A stretch of 64,000 nt of DNA from Lama glama (Eukaryota): NCBI GenBank assembly GCA_028534125.1, contig CM052832.1:19408001-19472000 (forward strand), written 5' to 3'. Below, piece by piece: positions 1 through 13,239 of this stretch (positions are counted from its first letter, which is position 1; the number at the start of each line of letters is the position of its first letter). The translations under genes were made by a program, and so were the position numbers. A model generated the notes under the pieces. It was not told the DNA's origin, searched no databases, and worked only from the letters and a program-made list of their open reading frames with translations.

Positions 1-1988
1 CCTGGGAGCAATGAGGGGATGTCCTTTTGTCGGCTGATGTGTTCTAAAACTGAAGACTCATTTAGACATTAGCTTGAATCAGAGGGAGATAATAAATATT
101 TTGGCAAAATATAAAAGGCTGGTTTAGTACATTTTATTTTAAATGACTTTTGGATTAGCTAGTGCTTTGATTATCCATATTCCTTCTCTTCTCCATCAAC
201 AGGGAGAATTGAAAGTTTTTTGTAGTGGGCCGGAACAGAAATTGTCTCTTTTTTAAAAATTTTTCTTTCTTTCTTTTGGTTTTGGAACTTTGTATGAAAC
301 TTGATCAACAATTCAAATTCTGTATTTCTACACATGGTGGCAAAACAGAAAAATTATTTCAGTTTTCAGACCTTTTAATTTTGTTTAAAAGTAGAGATAT
401 GGTAAAATAAATGTGACTCATCTCCCACTTACATGTATAGTATTTGTTTTTTCTAAACAGGCCTTGAGATGATGCTAAGGACTAAACCCTGCTGTAGGCT
501 GAGATGTGAACGTGGTGACAAAGAGGAGAGAGGCATAGTGAGAAGAATGTTCTGCATCTTCTTTAGTAATTTATGTTAAAAAATAATAAAAACCCACTCT
601 ACTTGCTGAATGTACCTTAGAATGACAGAAAATTTTGTGGAACGCATTTGCTCAAAACTTCTAGACTAGAAGTGTTAATGTAATGGAAATCTTTGATTCA
701 TTCTTTGCATAATAACCTTGCAGAAATGGGAGTACCAGGACTCCCCTGTGATTTCTTCAGGATATGAGGGACATCTAGTCTCTCACAGTAGAGGACAAAA
801 TCCCCACTGTCTTTGCAGGTGGGAGCCAAGGGCCAAGTTATCCTTCCAAGGTGGACAGCTTGATTGAGGCTTCAAGACTTTCAAGGGTTCCTCCATCTGG
901 CATAAGAACTTACATTCCATTTTGCTTTTCTAATCACCAAGAGGACTTTGTGATTTATTATTTACTGTAATGTAAAAGTTGTTCATGGAGCAATTAAAGA
1001 TGGTAGCCTATAAGTGGGTACCTTTAAGAAGGAAAGGGGTATATAAGGGAATAGATGTCTTGTTCCCTTAATCCTAGATGGAGTGTTTGAGTTTAAACCC
1101 AGTAGACTCCCTGGAGATTTTGATTTTGGATTATTCCAATTCAGTTCACTTTAGGGACCACTTGATTCCACGACTCTCCCTGCAAAAATCAGATTGGGAG
1201 TAAAATGAACTTGGCCTTACTTAATTGCATTCAATGTCAGGGCCTTTCTTCTATTTCTTGTGGTGTAGCCCAAATAGTTTAGATACCAAAATGCCATTAC
1301 TCTTCAACGGGTGACCCTCATCCAAGCAATCCAGATAGAGAAGGAAGTGAAGTATGAAAAAGATGGGACAAAGAGGGAACAGACTTTGATTTTCTTGCTA
1401 ACAATTATTTACAAGCAAGACACAAAGTAATCATAAACTGTTGTTTTTTTTTGAAGGTCTTAGGTCTTAATACAGGACCTGGGCCAAGTACAGGTTTTAC
1501 TTCTTTGTGTGTTTTACTTAAAAGTGTTGCGTTGTCATTCATTTTCTGGGGAAGGCTGGAGATGAGCTCACGGTTGGCTGGTTTCAGAAGGGAGGTTTGT
1601 TGTGCCATCGATAGTCTTGAACTGTTACTTTCTGAGAAATAAAACCTCACTGAACCTTGAACATTCTTCTTTATGTACATCATATGCTTTAGCCTCCTGG
1701 ATGGTGCAATCTTGATGTGGAGGTGAGATTCTTTTGACCTAGTTCTGCCCTAAGGGATAGCAACTATTTTCCCAATTAAGCTAGGTTCACTGGGTAGCAA
1801 CAAACCGTTGTTTCTTATTGTTCTGAGCTAGTAGGCTTGGTATGTGATAAAAGATCCCTCCCACCACTTTTTGCATATTGGTGACAAAACTCATGACCGA
1901 TTTGCTCAATATTAATGTACACACAGAATAGTTTTAGAATTGCTAACTCATACTTAAGTTATTTATTTATTTTCTTCCTTATCCCTTT

Positions 1989-2609
1989 TGTTACTGAACC
2001 AGGTTTGCACCAGAGAAAAGGTTTATTGACAAGGCAGCCAAGGGAGGAGGCAGAAGAACAAATCTCAGATCTGCCTCCCTGAATGCTATGGGCTTGGGAT
2101 ATTTATGGGATAAGGGAGCAGGGTGTTCTGAGATGTGGAGAAAGATGATTGGAGGCAAGAAAGAGGTGAAATAATTGGTGTTCTGTGTAGGTGTATCTGA
2201 GTTATGTGCTTCTTCATGGAACACATGTTCAGAACATGGCAGTGTTCGCATGATCTGAAGGTGGAGTTTTTGGCCCTCTGATATCAAAAGATCATCCACT
2301 GGACACTCATGCAGGCCCTATTGAATGCTTGGTGGTCTTGACCGGTTTGAGCTGAGCAGGACTAGCTCCATGTTCCTGAAAGCCAATTTAAGCAAACATT
2401 ACCATAGCGAGACATATATCAGAGGTGTTATTAAAAGGGGAGGTCAGAGGAGTCTCATAATATATTTTCTAAGCTACATGAAACTTGGAGGGTATGTAAT
2501 TTGCAGGCACGATTAAAGCAAGCTTGATCAGCGAGGGCAGGTTACAGGGTATTATTTATTAAGCAAGTTATCGTTGAAGGGATCTAACTGATGACTGCCC
2601 TTGGTTTCA
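1989..2609 (-). mobile_element. ERV1-class solo LTR (MER41-like), 621 bp
   Basis: TG...CA termini (tgttactgaacc...ttggtttca) with a perfect 4-bp TSD CTTT (1985-1988 and 2610-2613). Minus-strand AATAAA at 2027-2022 and a TATA-like cccataaatatcc near 2100. Confidence 0.88.
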
Positions 2610-3059
2610 CTTTCAGTGTGGTTGTGTTATTTATAATACGGTTAGGTTCATTTGCTACTGTTTATGTTCTGTTTTGAGTGCCCAACATCATGGCTGATTT
2701 TAATTATTTGCCATGGTCCTGAAAGCAATAAGCTGTACAAAAAGATACACTGAGAGAAGTGTCTCCCCCCTCCCTCTGTTCCTACTGCTTAGTTCCTAGT
2801 CCCAAATTCTTTACACCTGATTCTTGTCCATTCCTCATAAGAAACCATTCTCCTTAGTTTGTGGTTTATATTTCTTGTCTTTATCCTATCCTTTTCCACA
2901 AATGAGCAGATATGTAACTATATCTGTATATCTATATCTGTCTATATTCCTTTCTTTTCTGTATGAAGGGTCCACACTATAGAAATCCTTTGGCATTTTG
3001 CTCTTTTTCACTTAATAATATGTCCTGCAAATCTCTCCATATTAATGCTCTGAAGCCCA

Positions 3060-3382
3060 GCTATAGATCTGAGGTTCTAATGTCCCCCCTTTGTGTTTGA
3101 TTAATTTGCTCTAGTGGCTTTCAAAAGTCAGAGAAGCATTTCATTTACTAGATTACTAGTTTGTTGTAAAAGGATAGCTAGATGCAAGAGGTGCGCAGGG
3201 CAAGATGCATGGGGAAGGGCACTGAGCTTCCATGCCTCTGAGCTCACCCCTCTCGCCAAATCTCCCCATGTCCACCAACCCAGAAGCTCTCAGAACTCTG
3301 TCCTGTGGGTTTTTATGGAGGCTTCATTGCATAGGCATGATCAATTATACCATTGGCCACTGGTGATTGATTCAACCTACAG
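3060..3382 (-). mobile_element. MER21-family LTR fragment
   Basis: Contains gggtttttatggaggcttcattgcataggcatgatc...cattggccactggtgattgattcaacc, typical of MER21, and is similar to the copy at 38579-39350. Confidence 0.75.
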
Positions 3383-5120
3383 TCTGGGATCTTGACTTAA
3401 TTATTTGTGAATGCTCAGTGCTTACCCCTGTACCTGGCATATAGGTAACTGATAGATGTCATTGGATGAATGAACCTTCTCTGCTGAAAGTAAATAAACT
3501 GTGAGATGTGTAGAAACTTCTACTGCAGACAGCTTCAGATTTCAGAATGTGGGTGCGTCTTAGGACCTGTCTCATCCTTTGCAAGAGGAGTATCACCCAT
3601 GGAAGTGGTGATACTAGTCATTTTAAGTTGAAACCAAAGTTTATATAGATAATTGATTTAAAAAAACTAATTGACCTAGTCAATTATTATCTTTCTAACA
3701 GTCACAAGAGAATACCTGTGTGGGATCCCATTTGGAGTACATAATAATATTTTGCTCTAAATTGTGGACATCCCAATTGCCTTAGCAATTCTTTGACACT
3801 TAAGTGTTAGCAAGACCATATTTTTAATAGTTTAATTTTAAAAGCTTTTATTTGTGTTCAAGATCAGCTGCATTTAAATAGCACTTTAATGTTTTTGGAG
3901 AATGTGAACTTGAAGGGGGTTTAGAGATGATCTGCTCATCCTAGCACTGAGTAGACAAGCCTACCCAGAGTGGTGAAGTCACCTGCCTCAGGTAACTCAG
4001 GGAATAGTTGAGCTTCTAGATCTTCAAGCTGACTGGCCAGGGCTCCTGAGTAATGCTGAGCTGCTTCATTCCTTCCTCTGCTCCTCTGCTGTCTCTCACG
4101 CCTGCACCCCATCCTTTACATAAACTCAGTGAGAATGGAAGCCCTCTCTGCCTTCTGTGGTACTAAGTCCTCAGCCCAGAGCACGGAGCCAGCACATCAT
4201 GGGTGAACAACTAATGATTGCTAAGAATGTTGATGTATCTTCTTTTGTTGTCGCTGATTGCTTCATAGCTTTCTTAGTATTTAGGAAAGATTGCATGTAG
4301 ATCTTACAGTTGACACCTTCTTCAATGTAGGAATCCTGCAGACCAAATGACTTATTTAAATGCAGGTGGGGGCTGTCCTCTGCCCGCTGGGACTGCCCCT
4401 GCACGCTCGGCATTGCTGGTTTTCATCTTGCATTGTTATGCACACACTTTCAGCTGCTCTACATTCTTAGTGGAAATTTTACATTCCACTGCCTAGATTG
4501 GTTTGGTAACTAGAATCCCATGTGGGAAAACAAAACAAACAAAAATGACAATGGTGAATAGTAAGCCTGGTGTAGTAAGTTAAGAAGGAAAATGATAGAG
4601 ACAAAGAGTCCCCCCATTTTTTCAATGCTTTATTAGTGGTGGTTCCAGTAATTTCTCCTAAGAGTTCTCTTGAGTTAATTGGTTATTTTTTAGCTTTATG
4701 GGGGTCATTCTTCTGTTCAGCATAGCATTAGGGAAACCCATGCAGACTTACTTATGAATGCCTTAAAAATGACTCAAGTTTTCCGGCAGATAAAATGCCC
4801 ACTGCAAATAATTACTTTAGAATAAAGCTAATAAATGTGAGATTTAACATTACATGTTCAGAATGCTTAGGCGTTATCCAGTCTTTTAAGAGAGTCCATA
4901 AAGTGCAATAAAGAGAAAATTAAACCAGAATGCCAATAGTTTAAAAATTTGTGGTATGCTGGGAGATGGATTTGATGGTTCAAAATTTGATGAAAATTGG
5001 TGGGTGTTTTGTTTAAGACAAAAAGATTTAGCAATATGGGTACATTTAGATACATGCTTACACTTAAGAATTTTTCAAGAAAGGTGTTACTTATGATGGG
5101 CATCTTATCTTTTGGGTCAC

Positions 5121-5455
5121 TTTTTTTTAAAGCTTTAAAAACATGAGTTTTTAAATCAGTTTTGGGTTAGATGGCAGAGTAGTGCAGTGGAAGCATGCTG
5201 AGCCCAAAAAGCAGTTTTAGGTTCAGAGCAAAACTGAGGGGAAAATGCATAGGTTCCCCAAATAGCCCTTGCCCCTACACATGCATAGCCTCCCCCATTA
5301 CTGATATCCCCCACAAGTGTGGTAAATGTGTTACAGTTGATGAACCTACGTGGACACATCGTGATCACCCACAATTCATAGTTTACATTAAGGTTCACTC
5401 TTGGTGTTATACATTCTATGGGTTTAGACAAATGTATAATGACAGGTAACTCTGA
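5121..5455 (-). mobile_element. 5'-truncated L1 3' end (L1MC-type)
   Basis: Typical L1MC 3' UTR text (gttacagttgatgaacctac...tacattaaggttcactcttggtgttatacattctatgggtttagacaaatgtataatgaca). TSD ggtcactttt at 5115-5124 and 5456-5465, with a canonical TT/AAAA endonuclease site on the minus strand. Confidence 0.85.
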
Positions 5456-6664
5456 GGTCACTTTTAAGCTAAAAGAAATCTTTCACCTTGTTGTTTTGAA
5501 TAGCCATATCATTTCTCTGTGAATTCTTTTCGAATTGTTTTCCTGCTTCGAGGAAGGGAGATACTCATTTAGAGAATAGTTCAAAAGATCAATATGCAAA
5601 CTGATGCTAAAATATCCATTTTTGGCAGAAACATCACACTCTGCATAAGAGATGATAATCTACACCTGACAGATGAATCCTAACCCTTCCTCTGGGAACC
5701 AGCCCCTGGACTGGGTACAACATGGGACCTGTAGATGACCCAGGTAGCGATGAGTGGTTTCATCAGCTCATAGAAACTAATTGGACCCTTCTGGGAACGT
5801 TCTAAACAGCTGGTTCATTATAATTAGAGACATCTTCCATAACTAGATTCTCACTGAAGTTAGAGTGGTTGGAATTTTTTATTATTATATAGCAATGCTG
5901 ATGAAAATATTTCAGTGGCTGGGCTGATTTTGCCACCATGCCTTTCTGGAATTTCTGAAAATTCAGGGGGTTAACGGATTTCAATTTTCATTCCACTGGA
6001 GATCTACAAATTATACTGATATAATCACATAAGGAATATTTGACAGCAGCCATAGGGAGAGAAACTTGGGTGGTTTTGAGAAGACGTTGGAACCACTGAA
6101 AAGGGGTGGTCCAGTTATGCCAGTAAGTATAAACAATTATAGATATAGATATAGATATTCAGTTATATATAACTTAGGAAAGTGCTTATTTAAATGGATG
6201 CAAATATGTGTTTCCTATTTCTGCTAGTGGTCACTTTCTATCTTGGGCAGCATTAGCAGTAGGAATGAACCCTGGACCAGGAATCAGGGTTGGATCCATG
6301 TGACTGTTTCTCTGCTTACTGTGTGACCTTGACGGGTGGAGAGGCTCATCTTTTCCTTTCTATGCAACTGAAATAAGACTAAACTCATAATATTATTTTA
6401 TAAGTGAAAGCATTTTATAAGTACTGATATGTTTTATACTTGTAAACTTATTTGAAAATAACTAACATAAAGTTACTGTGAAAAGTCAAGGTAACATATG
6501 GAGAGTCTTTGATACAGTTCTGGGCATAGTGTGTACTCAGAAAAAATGGTTTCAACTTTACTGAGTTAAAATATTTATGAGCAAGTTCTATGTCCAAAGC
6601 AGTATGAATAGGTCTTTGAGTTATAGCTGAGGCTCTTTGCTAAAAAATAAAAATAAAAGAGAGA

Positions 6665-8082
6665 TGGAGTACATCCCTGTGACTTACTTATTTTACAACT
6701 TGAAGTTTGTACCTTTTAACTTCACCCATTTCCCCCACCCTTCACCGCTGCCTCTGACAACCACCAGTCTGTTCTCTGTATCTATGAGCTTGGTTGGTTT
6801 GTTTGTTTTTCTTGTTTGTTTTTAGATTCCTATTTGTGAGATCATACAGTATTTGTCTTTCTCTGACTTATTTCACTTAGAATAAAGCTCTCAGAGCTCA
6901 TAAATGTCACAAATGGCAACATTTCATTCTTTTTTATGGCTGAATAACATTTTATTCTCTCTCTCTCTATATATATATATTACATTTTCTTTATCCATTC
7001 ATGTGTTGAAGGATACTTAGGGTGTTTCCACATCTTGTCTATTGTAAGTAATGCTGCAGTGAACATAGTGGTGCATGTATCTCTTGGAGTTTTTGTTTTC
7101 TTTGTAGATACCCTGAAGTGGAATTTTTGGATCGTATGGTAGTTCTACTTTTAATACTTTGAAGGATCTCCAAGCTGTTGTCTGTACTGACTGCACCAGT
7201 TTATGTTTTCGCCAGTGATGCACAAGGGTTCCCTTTTCTCCACATCTTCCCCACACTTGTCATTGCTTGCCTCTTCGGTAATAGCCATTCTAGCAGTTGT
7301 GAGGTGACATTATGCTTTTGGTTTGCATTTCCCTTTTCATCTACTGTCTTTTCATGTCCTTGTTGACCATCTGTATGTTTTCTTTCTTGGAAAAATTTCT
7401 AATTCAGATGCTATGACCATTTTTAATTGGATTTTTTTCTCCATTTTTTACTGTTGAGTTGTATGAGTTCTTTATATATTTTGGATATTACTCTCTTATC
7501 AGACATTTATTTGCAATTTTTTTCCCATTTAGTAGGTTGCCTTTTCATTTTATTGATGGTTTCCTTTGCTGTGCAGAAGCTTTTTAGTTTGATGTAGTCC
7601 CATTTGTTTCTTTTGCTTTTGTTGCCTTTGCTTTTGGTGTTGAAGCCAAAAAGTTCATCACCTAGACTGATGTCAAGGAGCTTACTGCCTCTGTTTTCTT
7701 CCAGGAGTTTTATGGTTTCGGGTCTTACATTCAAGTCTGTATTCCATTTTGGGTTAATTTTTGTATATAGTGTAAATTAGTGGTCCAGTTTCACTTTTTT
7801 TGTATGTTGCTGTCCAGTTTCCCCAACACCATTTGTTTAAGAGACTGTCCTTCCCTCATTGTAGATTCTTGGCTCTTTTGTCATAAATTAATGGACCATA
7901 AATATGTGGGTTTATTTCTGGGCTCTCTATTCTGTTTTATTGATCTATGTGTCTGTTTTTATTTTATGCCAGTATCATACTGTTTTGATTACTATAGTTT
8001 GTAATATAGTTTGAAGTCAGGGCACATGATCCCTCTAGCTTTGTTCTTCTTTCTCAAGAGTTCTTAGACTATTTGGGGTCCC
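6665..8082 (-). mobile_element. L1 fragment (ORF2 3' part and 3' UTR), degraded
   Basis: ORF remnants NVRPETIKLLEEN...WDYIKLKSFCTAKETINKMKRQPTKWEK (7507..7734) and GEKGTLVH...ELPYDP (7017..7256) are L1 ORF2p, with frameshifts between them. Confidence 0.95.
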
Positions 8083-8299
8083 AGATTAAGAATATTTCTG
8101 GAGCTTAATTTTCATAAGTCCAAAAGAGCACAATACTAGAAAAAGATATTTTAGTATGTCAGATATTATATGGGATGGGTTTTATAAGAAATATCCAAGT
8201 TTACAATGTGTACTTGTTTTTAAAAACCCTTTAATGTAAATCAGTTATGAAAATTAATAAAGTAAATGGGCATACTATGTATTTCTTATAATTTTGCAT

Positions 8300-8525
8300 T
8301 GATCAAAATGTCTGGATTTAATGGATTAATCTTTGCATGGTATATTTTTTCCATCCTTTTAATTTCAATCTACTATGTCTATATATTTTAAGTGTGTCTT
8401 TTTTAAACAGTATACAGTTGGATCTTGATTCTTTGTCCAGTCTGATTTTCTCTATCCTTTAATTGGAGTTTTTAGTTTGCTTACATTTACTCAAGTACTG
8501 GGGTCTACCATATTATTATTTGTTT
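8300..8525 (-). mobile_element. Old L1 fragment
   Basis: tttgcatggtatattttttccatccttttaatttcaatc...tatacagttggatcttg...tccagtctga resembles the antisense of the L1 ORF2 5' region. Confidence 0.6.
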
Positions 8526-11500
8526 GTTTGTTCTCCTCAAACTGTCTACCTCCTAACCAGAAGTGAAACTATCTCTTAGTTTACTTGATAATGGGGAAAA
8601 AAAGGACACTTAAATATTCAACAACGGAAATAAAATCTTAATGACAAAACACAGTGGGTACATTTTTAAAATATAATTTGCACCAATTATCAGACTTTAT
8701 TTCCTTGGATATGAGAAAGTAACAGGTGGTGATAGAAAAACCATGCAATTTTTGTGTCCCCGAAGATCTGTGTTGATCTGAAGATTGGGGAATGGCAAAT
8801 GCCTAATTACTGGGATTCTATGTAACCCCGTCTATAGAAATTCAAGGAGAGGGTGAGTCAACTATTCTTTTGAAAAGATTGGATATCATCCTCATCTTTT
8901 GTTCCATAGCCTTTCCTTTTCAAAGTTCTCTTTCAGTCTGTGCATCTGGAGTGTCTCCATGATAAATGACTTCATTCCATGAAACTTAGTAGATATTCCC
9001 CGCACAAAACAGCCTCTGATAGAGGCACTTTCCACCTGTTATGGCCTGTGGCTCACACCATCGCAATCTGTCAGGCATTTAGAAACAGTCATCTTGAAAA
9101 TAATTCGGTAATTATTTTAAAAAGCTCTTTAGAACAATCTATAGTTTGGATGCATTTGCTATATTGACTTCTAGGTAAGTTATTTTCTACTCTGGTGTCT
9201 TTAAAAAAGATTTCTCTCTTTTCTTCTTACTTATCAAATAGTGGTGAAAATTGATCACATATTTCGTGAAAGACTTTGTTCTCCTCTTTGATGCTGTGCT
9301 TGTCTTTGCAGAGTAATAACGAAGTTTCCTTAAAGATGATCATTTTACTTAAATCCATGCAGTAAGGAAAATAGAGTCAAAGCCTCTTTGTATAGGTGGG
9401 GCTATACTTTGCAAATCAGTAGGTCAGTACATTTCTCCCCTGCCAAATGCCTAAGTTTATCTTATGGACAGTAACAAAAATGTGACTTTTTTTTTTTTAA
9501 AAGCAACTAAAATTGAGTTTTTAAATTGAGCAGTTTTTACAAGAGATCAGTGGTCATTAGATTTTCATGATGGTTTTCGTTTAACAGCGTCATTTCCTTA
9601 GGGCCTTAGACTAACTTTGGTTTACCTGGCCTAGGGTTTCAAGAAGTGTCGAGTGCTGTGATTTGAGGCAGATGGATTCTCTGAAGCATTCAGCCTAACA
9701 GCCCCAGGGAGTGGTATTGCCACTTCATTAATTAGTGCATGGAGCATCCCTTTGGGCTGGTTTAGTAGGATTATCCCTATTTTTACAGACCTAGAAAATG
9801 AGGTGTGAGGCATTGAATTGGCAGTCAGTCCTGGAGTTCAGTTTTCAGAACTTTAGTCAGTTACTCATTTTGTAGATCTTGATCTTATTAATCCAAATCT
9901 GTATTTTCAAAACAACATTTTTAGTTTCACTTAGTTTATTTTTAATAAAAAATAGATTAATATTTTTGAGCCATGCAAAATTTCTCTTGAATTTGACCCA
10001 GCTGTGATATTGCCCTACTAAGTGTCAGCATGGACACTTGTGAACTTGGGTTCAATTACATACTTAGACTTATCCAGTTCACATAACTTTGGTTTGTTTG
10101 TTGTTTTGTTTTGTTTTATATTTTTGGTATAGCCATCTGTGATATAAACACAATCTAGATAAGATCCAAAGGCAGGGTGATATATTGGAAAATGCATGTG
10201 CTTTGTATTCAAAGATCTGTACTAGGGTCCTGGCTCACCCCCTTCTAGCAGAGTGAACATGGTGAAGTCACTTTTTGGCCACCTTTGACTTTGGAAATAT
10301 TTCCCCCCAAAGGCCAAATATTTAATCTATCTATCTATCTGCCTATTTATCTACCTACCCACCTACGTACCTATCCACCTTAATTTACACTCAGGGAACG
10401 ACTCCTCTCTCTGATTTACCAGACTAACCTACTCCTTAATATCTAGATAAACAGGGTTTCCTAAAACAATATTGAGCCTAAGTGTAGAATTAAGACAGGA
10501 AGTCAGCTAGAAGCATGTCCTGCTTTTGCTTGGTGGTGGTTCCCTTACTAACTGACAAAGCCAAGCAGGAGCATGAGCTCTGCTATGTCCAAAAGGAAAG
10601 TCTGAGTTTCGCATTGGTACCTTGTTATTTGCTTTGGTCCTGCAGTCACTGATTACACAACTAATGCTGCTCAGATTGCTCACCAGTGAGACCCTCCTAA
10701 TACACTAAGTGGGAGTGCCTCATACTCTATCCTTCGGTGTCCCTCCCGCCCTAACTAGATATGTTGATACTTAACATTATTCTTATATTTCAAGCATTAT
10801 TTATTTTCAGAGGGCAAGGGAAAGTGTATGGCCTAATAAGAAAATGTACATATTTCAAGAAACATATTCTAATTGATTACTGTGTTTTCCATATCTAAAA
10901 CCACAGTGTCTCTAGGTTAGCACCAAGTGCCCAAGGCTTAATCCCTCATAAGGGCTCTGGAAAAGCTCCCCTTATACGTAGTTGATTTGCTTAATTCTTT
11001 TGTGATTTAAGTTATCATTTAAAATGCCAGTTAGAGAAATGCATTTTAAATGAAAAATGGTATTTCCCCTCTCCACAAAGTTCTAATTGTTTTATACAAT
11101 GGCCTTATGTATTTTTTTTCAATTTAAATATATTACTTGGATTATTTTTTTTTTTGGATTCTTTTGTTAGTATATCTGGAAACGGACTGATTTGGTTATT
11201 TTAATTACATATAATTATTCAAAGAAATATATATTTAAGATTAATCTTCAATTCAATGGTTAATTGTGAACATTTGGGGAATATTTTTGTCATACTGAAT
11301 GAGGAATACAACTTATTCAAGACAGATGGTTTGATTTAATTCAAGCAACTTATAGACTCAGAATAAAGCTACATAGTTATTTAAAAAATCATGTATTTGT
11401 GAATTTCTGAATATTACAATTCTAGATACGTATGTGTGAAAGAAAAATAGCATATATCAGCTGACTCAAGAGTTTCAGTTATTTGTTTACGTGATATATG

Positions 11501-12129
11501 CACCTTCATCTTTAATTCAACAATCTAATAGGGTATTAAGCAATCAAGGTCGGTAGGGAAGATGTTTGAAAAAATAACAATTGGTGTGAAGTAGGTGCTT
11601 AGTACTTTCCTAATTAATATTGAGAGTAACTCCAAAGTAAAAGTAGGGACAATAAATTAAAACCCAAATAAGTAAAATGTATGATATGTTAGATTGTGGT
11701 AAGTGCTATTAAAAAAAAGAAAGAAAAGGCAGGGAAGGGCAATAGAGAGCCAGGGATATGGCAGAAGCTTGAAGTGCAGTGGTCAGTGAGGCAGTATAGC
11801 TATGTTTAGGAGGTGGGGGCGGATTTCACGAGGAAGCTACTGTTAGCATAGACACAGAATCCAAGAAGCCTGTCCTTAACACAGGCAGAGACTCATTTGC
11901 AGTTGAACGTATTAAGCCTTGAGAGTAAGCAGATCTGCTGGGAGACGGATTTGTAATCACCTAAGGTGTTGAAAACCACAACCCTGCCCTCAAAACTGCA
12001 TTCCTTGTAAATCGAATCTATTTTCACATGCCATAGTATGAACCAAGTAAATCAGCTTGCCGTGCCTTCCACTAAACTGAAAATGTTCTTCTTTATTTCA
12101 GCTAAGTCTCAACTCTAATAATTTATTCT

Positions 12130-12580
12130 ACAGATCCACTTACATATTTCTGCAAATAGGTATTTACAAGGGAATCTATCATGGTATTGTTTGCAACAGC
12201 AACAGTTTAGAAACAATCAAAAAGTTCATCTTTGAGAAGCAGGCTGCATAAATTATGGCACATTTGGAGCGTGGCATATACACAGCTGTTATAAAGAATG
12301 AAGCAACCCTTACTCGAACTACCAGTGTGGAACAATCTCCACTGTAAATTGTTCAATGAAGAAAGCAAGGTGCAGGAGAATGGGTATAGCAGGTTATCGA
12401 TGTGTTTAAAAATTGCATATATGAAATATCTATGTAAGACAATATGCATACATATATATATATAGGTTGTCTTTGAATTAATATTGCTAATTTGGGTTGC
12501 AACTTCGTGGTGGGGATGGGAAGGACTCTTCCTTTTCACTGTATACCCCATTTTACCACTTGAATTTTGGTCAGGTGCAT
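12130..12580 (+). mobile_element. Ancient L1 3' end (L1ME-type)
   Basis: ttagaaacaatc...ataaattatggcacat...ataaagaatgaagc...gaaagcaaggtgcag pattern of old L1 3' ends. Confidence 0.65.
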
Positions 12581-13239
12581 ACATGATCTGGTAAATTTTT
12601 TTTTTTTGTAAAGTCAACATCAGTGTAAACATTAGCTTAGGGCCAAGAATCTCTGGGTTTAAAATGTAAAAAAAATATTGTGATTGGATTAAAATTTTAG
12701 AACTCTAAATTAGAGATTCTTTTAATTAAATTCCAACAAACATTTATTGTGCAGCTAGCAGGCATTGCCAAGCACTGTTTTAGGCCCTAGAGAGTCAAGA
12801 AGAATTCACACCTCTTGTTCTTTTCAAAATGGCTTAACTGGACAGAAAAGAGTCACATAAATTATTTAGGGTTAATATCTGTCTCTAAAATAACTGCCAA
12901 AGTGCAAAACAAATAGTTAGTGGTTCATAAGTATGGACAACTCCACCCCTTAGTGTGTGTGTGATTTTAGGCAAATTAATTAATTAAAATCCAGTTTCTT
13001 CATTTGTAAAATGAGGTTAAATAGATACAGTTTTGATGATTAAATGATAAATAACGCATGTAAGTTACTTAATATAGTGCTTGTTTTAAATACAGTGTAA
13101 TAAATGTTGGTGATTTTAATAAATCAGTTCCTTTTGCTTACAGGTTTCCCTTCCAAATCAAAAAGGGGAAAAAGACTCTAAAAACAAAAGAGTGATCATC
13201 AGTACTATAGTAGCAGTAGGCGTTTGAGAGAGAAGCTAA

